Positions 30,537-32,000 of a stretch of DNA of 32,000 nucleotides are shown piece by piece. The notes beneath the pieces were generated by a model. The model had not been told where the DNA came from. It worked only from the letters and a program-made list of their open reading frames with translations, and made no database searches. The stretch is from Mycobacterium leprae TN. GTDB taxonomy: Bacteria; Actinomycetota; Actinomycetes; Mycobacteriales; Mycobacteriaceae. Position numbers and translations under genes: made by a program. Location: contig NC_002677.1 of the NCBI RefSeq assembly GCF_000195855.1, positions 270,001 to 302,000 on the forward strand, written 5' to 3'. Each line of letters begins with the position of its first letter. The first letter of the stretch is position 1.

Positions 30537-31466
30537 ATGGTGCAGTTCGATGGTTTGCGCTCGGCCAGGCTCAATATTGCGATCCTCTCCACCGGCCGGG
30601 TAGGTGTCGCATTGGAGCGCGCCGACCAAGTCGTGGTGGCATGCAGCGCAGTCTCCCATGCATCGCGGCAGTGGGTGCAGTTTAGGTTGCCCGAAACCTC
30701 GGTGGCCTCGCCACCGGAGGTAGCCTCCAGTGCTGAGCTGCTGCTGTTGGCGGTTCCCGACTGTGAATTCGCCGGACTGATGTCCGGCGTGGCTGTGACT
30801 TCGGTGCCGCGACCCGGGACGATCGTGGCCCACACTTCGTGGGCCAACGGGGTCGGCATCCTCGCACAGCTGGGCAAGGATGGCTGTATTCCTCTGGCAA
30901 TTCACCCGGCGATGATGTTCTCCGGCTCCGACGAGGACCTCAGTCAATGTCAATTGAGGGATACCTACTTCGGGATCACCAAGACTGACGATGTCGGGTA
31001 TGCGATCGCGCAGTCATTGGTTTTGGAGATGGGCGGAGAGCCGTTTTGTGTGGTAGAGTACGCCCGCATCCTCTACCATTCCGTTTCGCCCCATGTGGGC
31101 AATCACATCGTGACGGTGTTAGCTGACGCGCTTGAGGTACGGCGGTCCGCGTTGCGCGGCAGCGAACTACTCGGACTAGGGGTACCTCCAGCTTGCAGGG
31201 GCGAGGTCGTCGATGACCAGCTCGACGTTATTGTCGAACGCATCGTTGGGTCATTGGCCCGGGCTGCGTGCGAGAACACCCTGCAGCGCGGCCAGGCCGG
31301 GCTTACCAAACTGGTCGCCCGCGGTGATTTGGACGCGTTAGCGGGACACTTAGTCGCGCTGATGCGGATTGGCCCAGAATTGGCCCAGGCTTATCGGGTT
31401 AATGCCCTACGGAAGACTCAGCGTGCCCATGCTCCCTACGATGTCGTCGAAGCGCTGGCGCCATGA
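30537..31466 (+). CDS. Rossmann-like/DUF2520 conserved hypothetical protein (Rv3603c-like)
   Basis: N-terminus [15 protein letters not shown] resembles a dinucleotide-binding fold. The C-terminal ..[14 protein letters not shown].. region resembles DUF2520. The stop overlaps the panC start (ATGA). Start is ATG 30537; the track uses 30495. Confidence 0.65.
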
Positions 31467-32000
31467 CGAACAGTCGGCAGCCGGCATTCAACCCGGGCGA
31501 GCTCAATGTGTACTCGACGCCCCGTGACGTCACCAATGTCAGCAGCGCGTTGCGCCACACCGGCCGCCGGGTGATGCTGGTGCCGACGATGGGTGCGCTG
31601 CACAACGGGCACCTGGCCCTGGTGCGTGCGGCTAAACGTGTGCCTGGTTCGGTGGTTGTGGTGTCGATCTTCGTTAACCCGCTGCAATTCGGCGCCGCGG
31701 AAGACCTCGACACTTACCCATGTACCTTCGACGATGATTTGGCTCTACTGCGCGCAGAAGATGTCGAGATCGTGTTCACGCCGACTGCCGCGGCGATGTA
31801 TCCGCACGGATTGCGTACCACCGTACGCCCCGGGGCGTTAGCGTTCGAGCTCGAAGGTGGTCCGCGGCCAAACCATTTCGACGGTGTGCTAACCGTCGTG
31901 CTCAAACTACTCCAGATCGTGCGGCCTGACCGAGTTTTCTTCGGGGAGAAAGATTACCAGCAGCTGGTCCTGATCCGGCAGATGGTAGCCGATCTGAACG
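31463..32000 (+). CDS. panC: Pantothenate synthetase (partial, 3' end beyond window)
   Basis: Frame is open from ATG 31463 to the window end. [14 protein letters not shown] (HxGH), [10 protein letters not shown] and FGEKDYQQL are PanC signatures. It is missing from the ORF track because no stop lies in the window. Confidence 0.9.

Overview
The window is a Mycobacterium leprae chromosomal segment. Two copies of the RLEP dispersed repeat are present, each carrying the standard RLEP PCR and qPCR target sequences. Gene content follows the M. tuberculosis Rv3645 to Rv3602c block in reversed orientation; all Rv numbers and strand suffixes are quoted from memory. Intact genes, in order: partial Rv3645-like membrane protein, holB, tRNA-Thr(CGU), Rv3635-like membrane protein, galE1, a DUF475/TerC-like membrane protein, ppgS-like GT2 glycosyltransferase, its small DUF2304 partner, ppa, dacB-like PBP4, tilS, hpt, ftsH, folE-folP1-folB-folK, three conserved hypotheticals (Rv3605c/04c/03c-like) and the 5' part of panC. 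About a third of the window is decayed. This includes an Rv3630-like membrane pseudogene, an Rv3626c-like metalloprotease pseudogene, and a 7.5 kb gene desert (16.2-23.7 kb). The desert holds recognisable remnants of lpqG, an HNH/DUF222 endonuclease, an IS110-family transposase, a zinc alcohol dehydrogenase, a luciferase-like monooxygenase and ephA. The main finding is that the two RLEP copies (6012-6649 and 10138-10775) are inverted and showed no differences in anything I could compare. They bracket a 3,488 bp four-gene segment whose order and strand are reversed relative to M. tuberculosis synteny, which suggests an RLEP-mediated inversion. Other structures: a 29 bp perfect palindrome, a 23 bp perfect hairpin, two perfect tandem duplications (19 bp and 21 bp), a 10 nt inverted motif at the ends of RLEP copy 2, wild-type dapsone-resistance codons in folP1, and no room for the espACD block next to ftsH. 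I found no CRISPR array, rRNA or intact mobile element. I cannot support any wholly new multi-gene system here.
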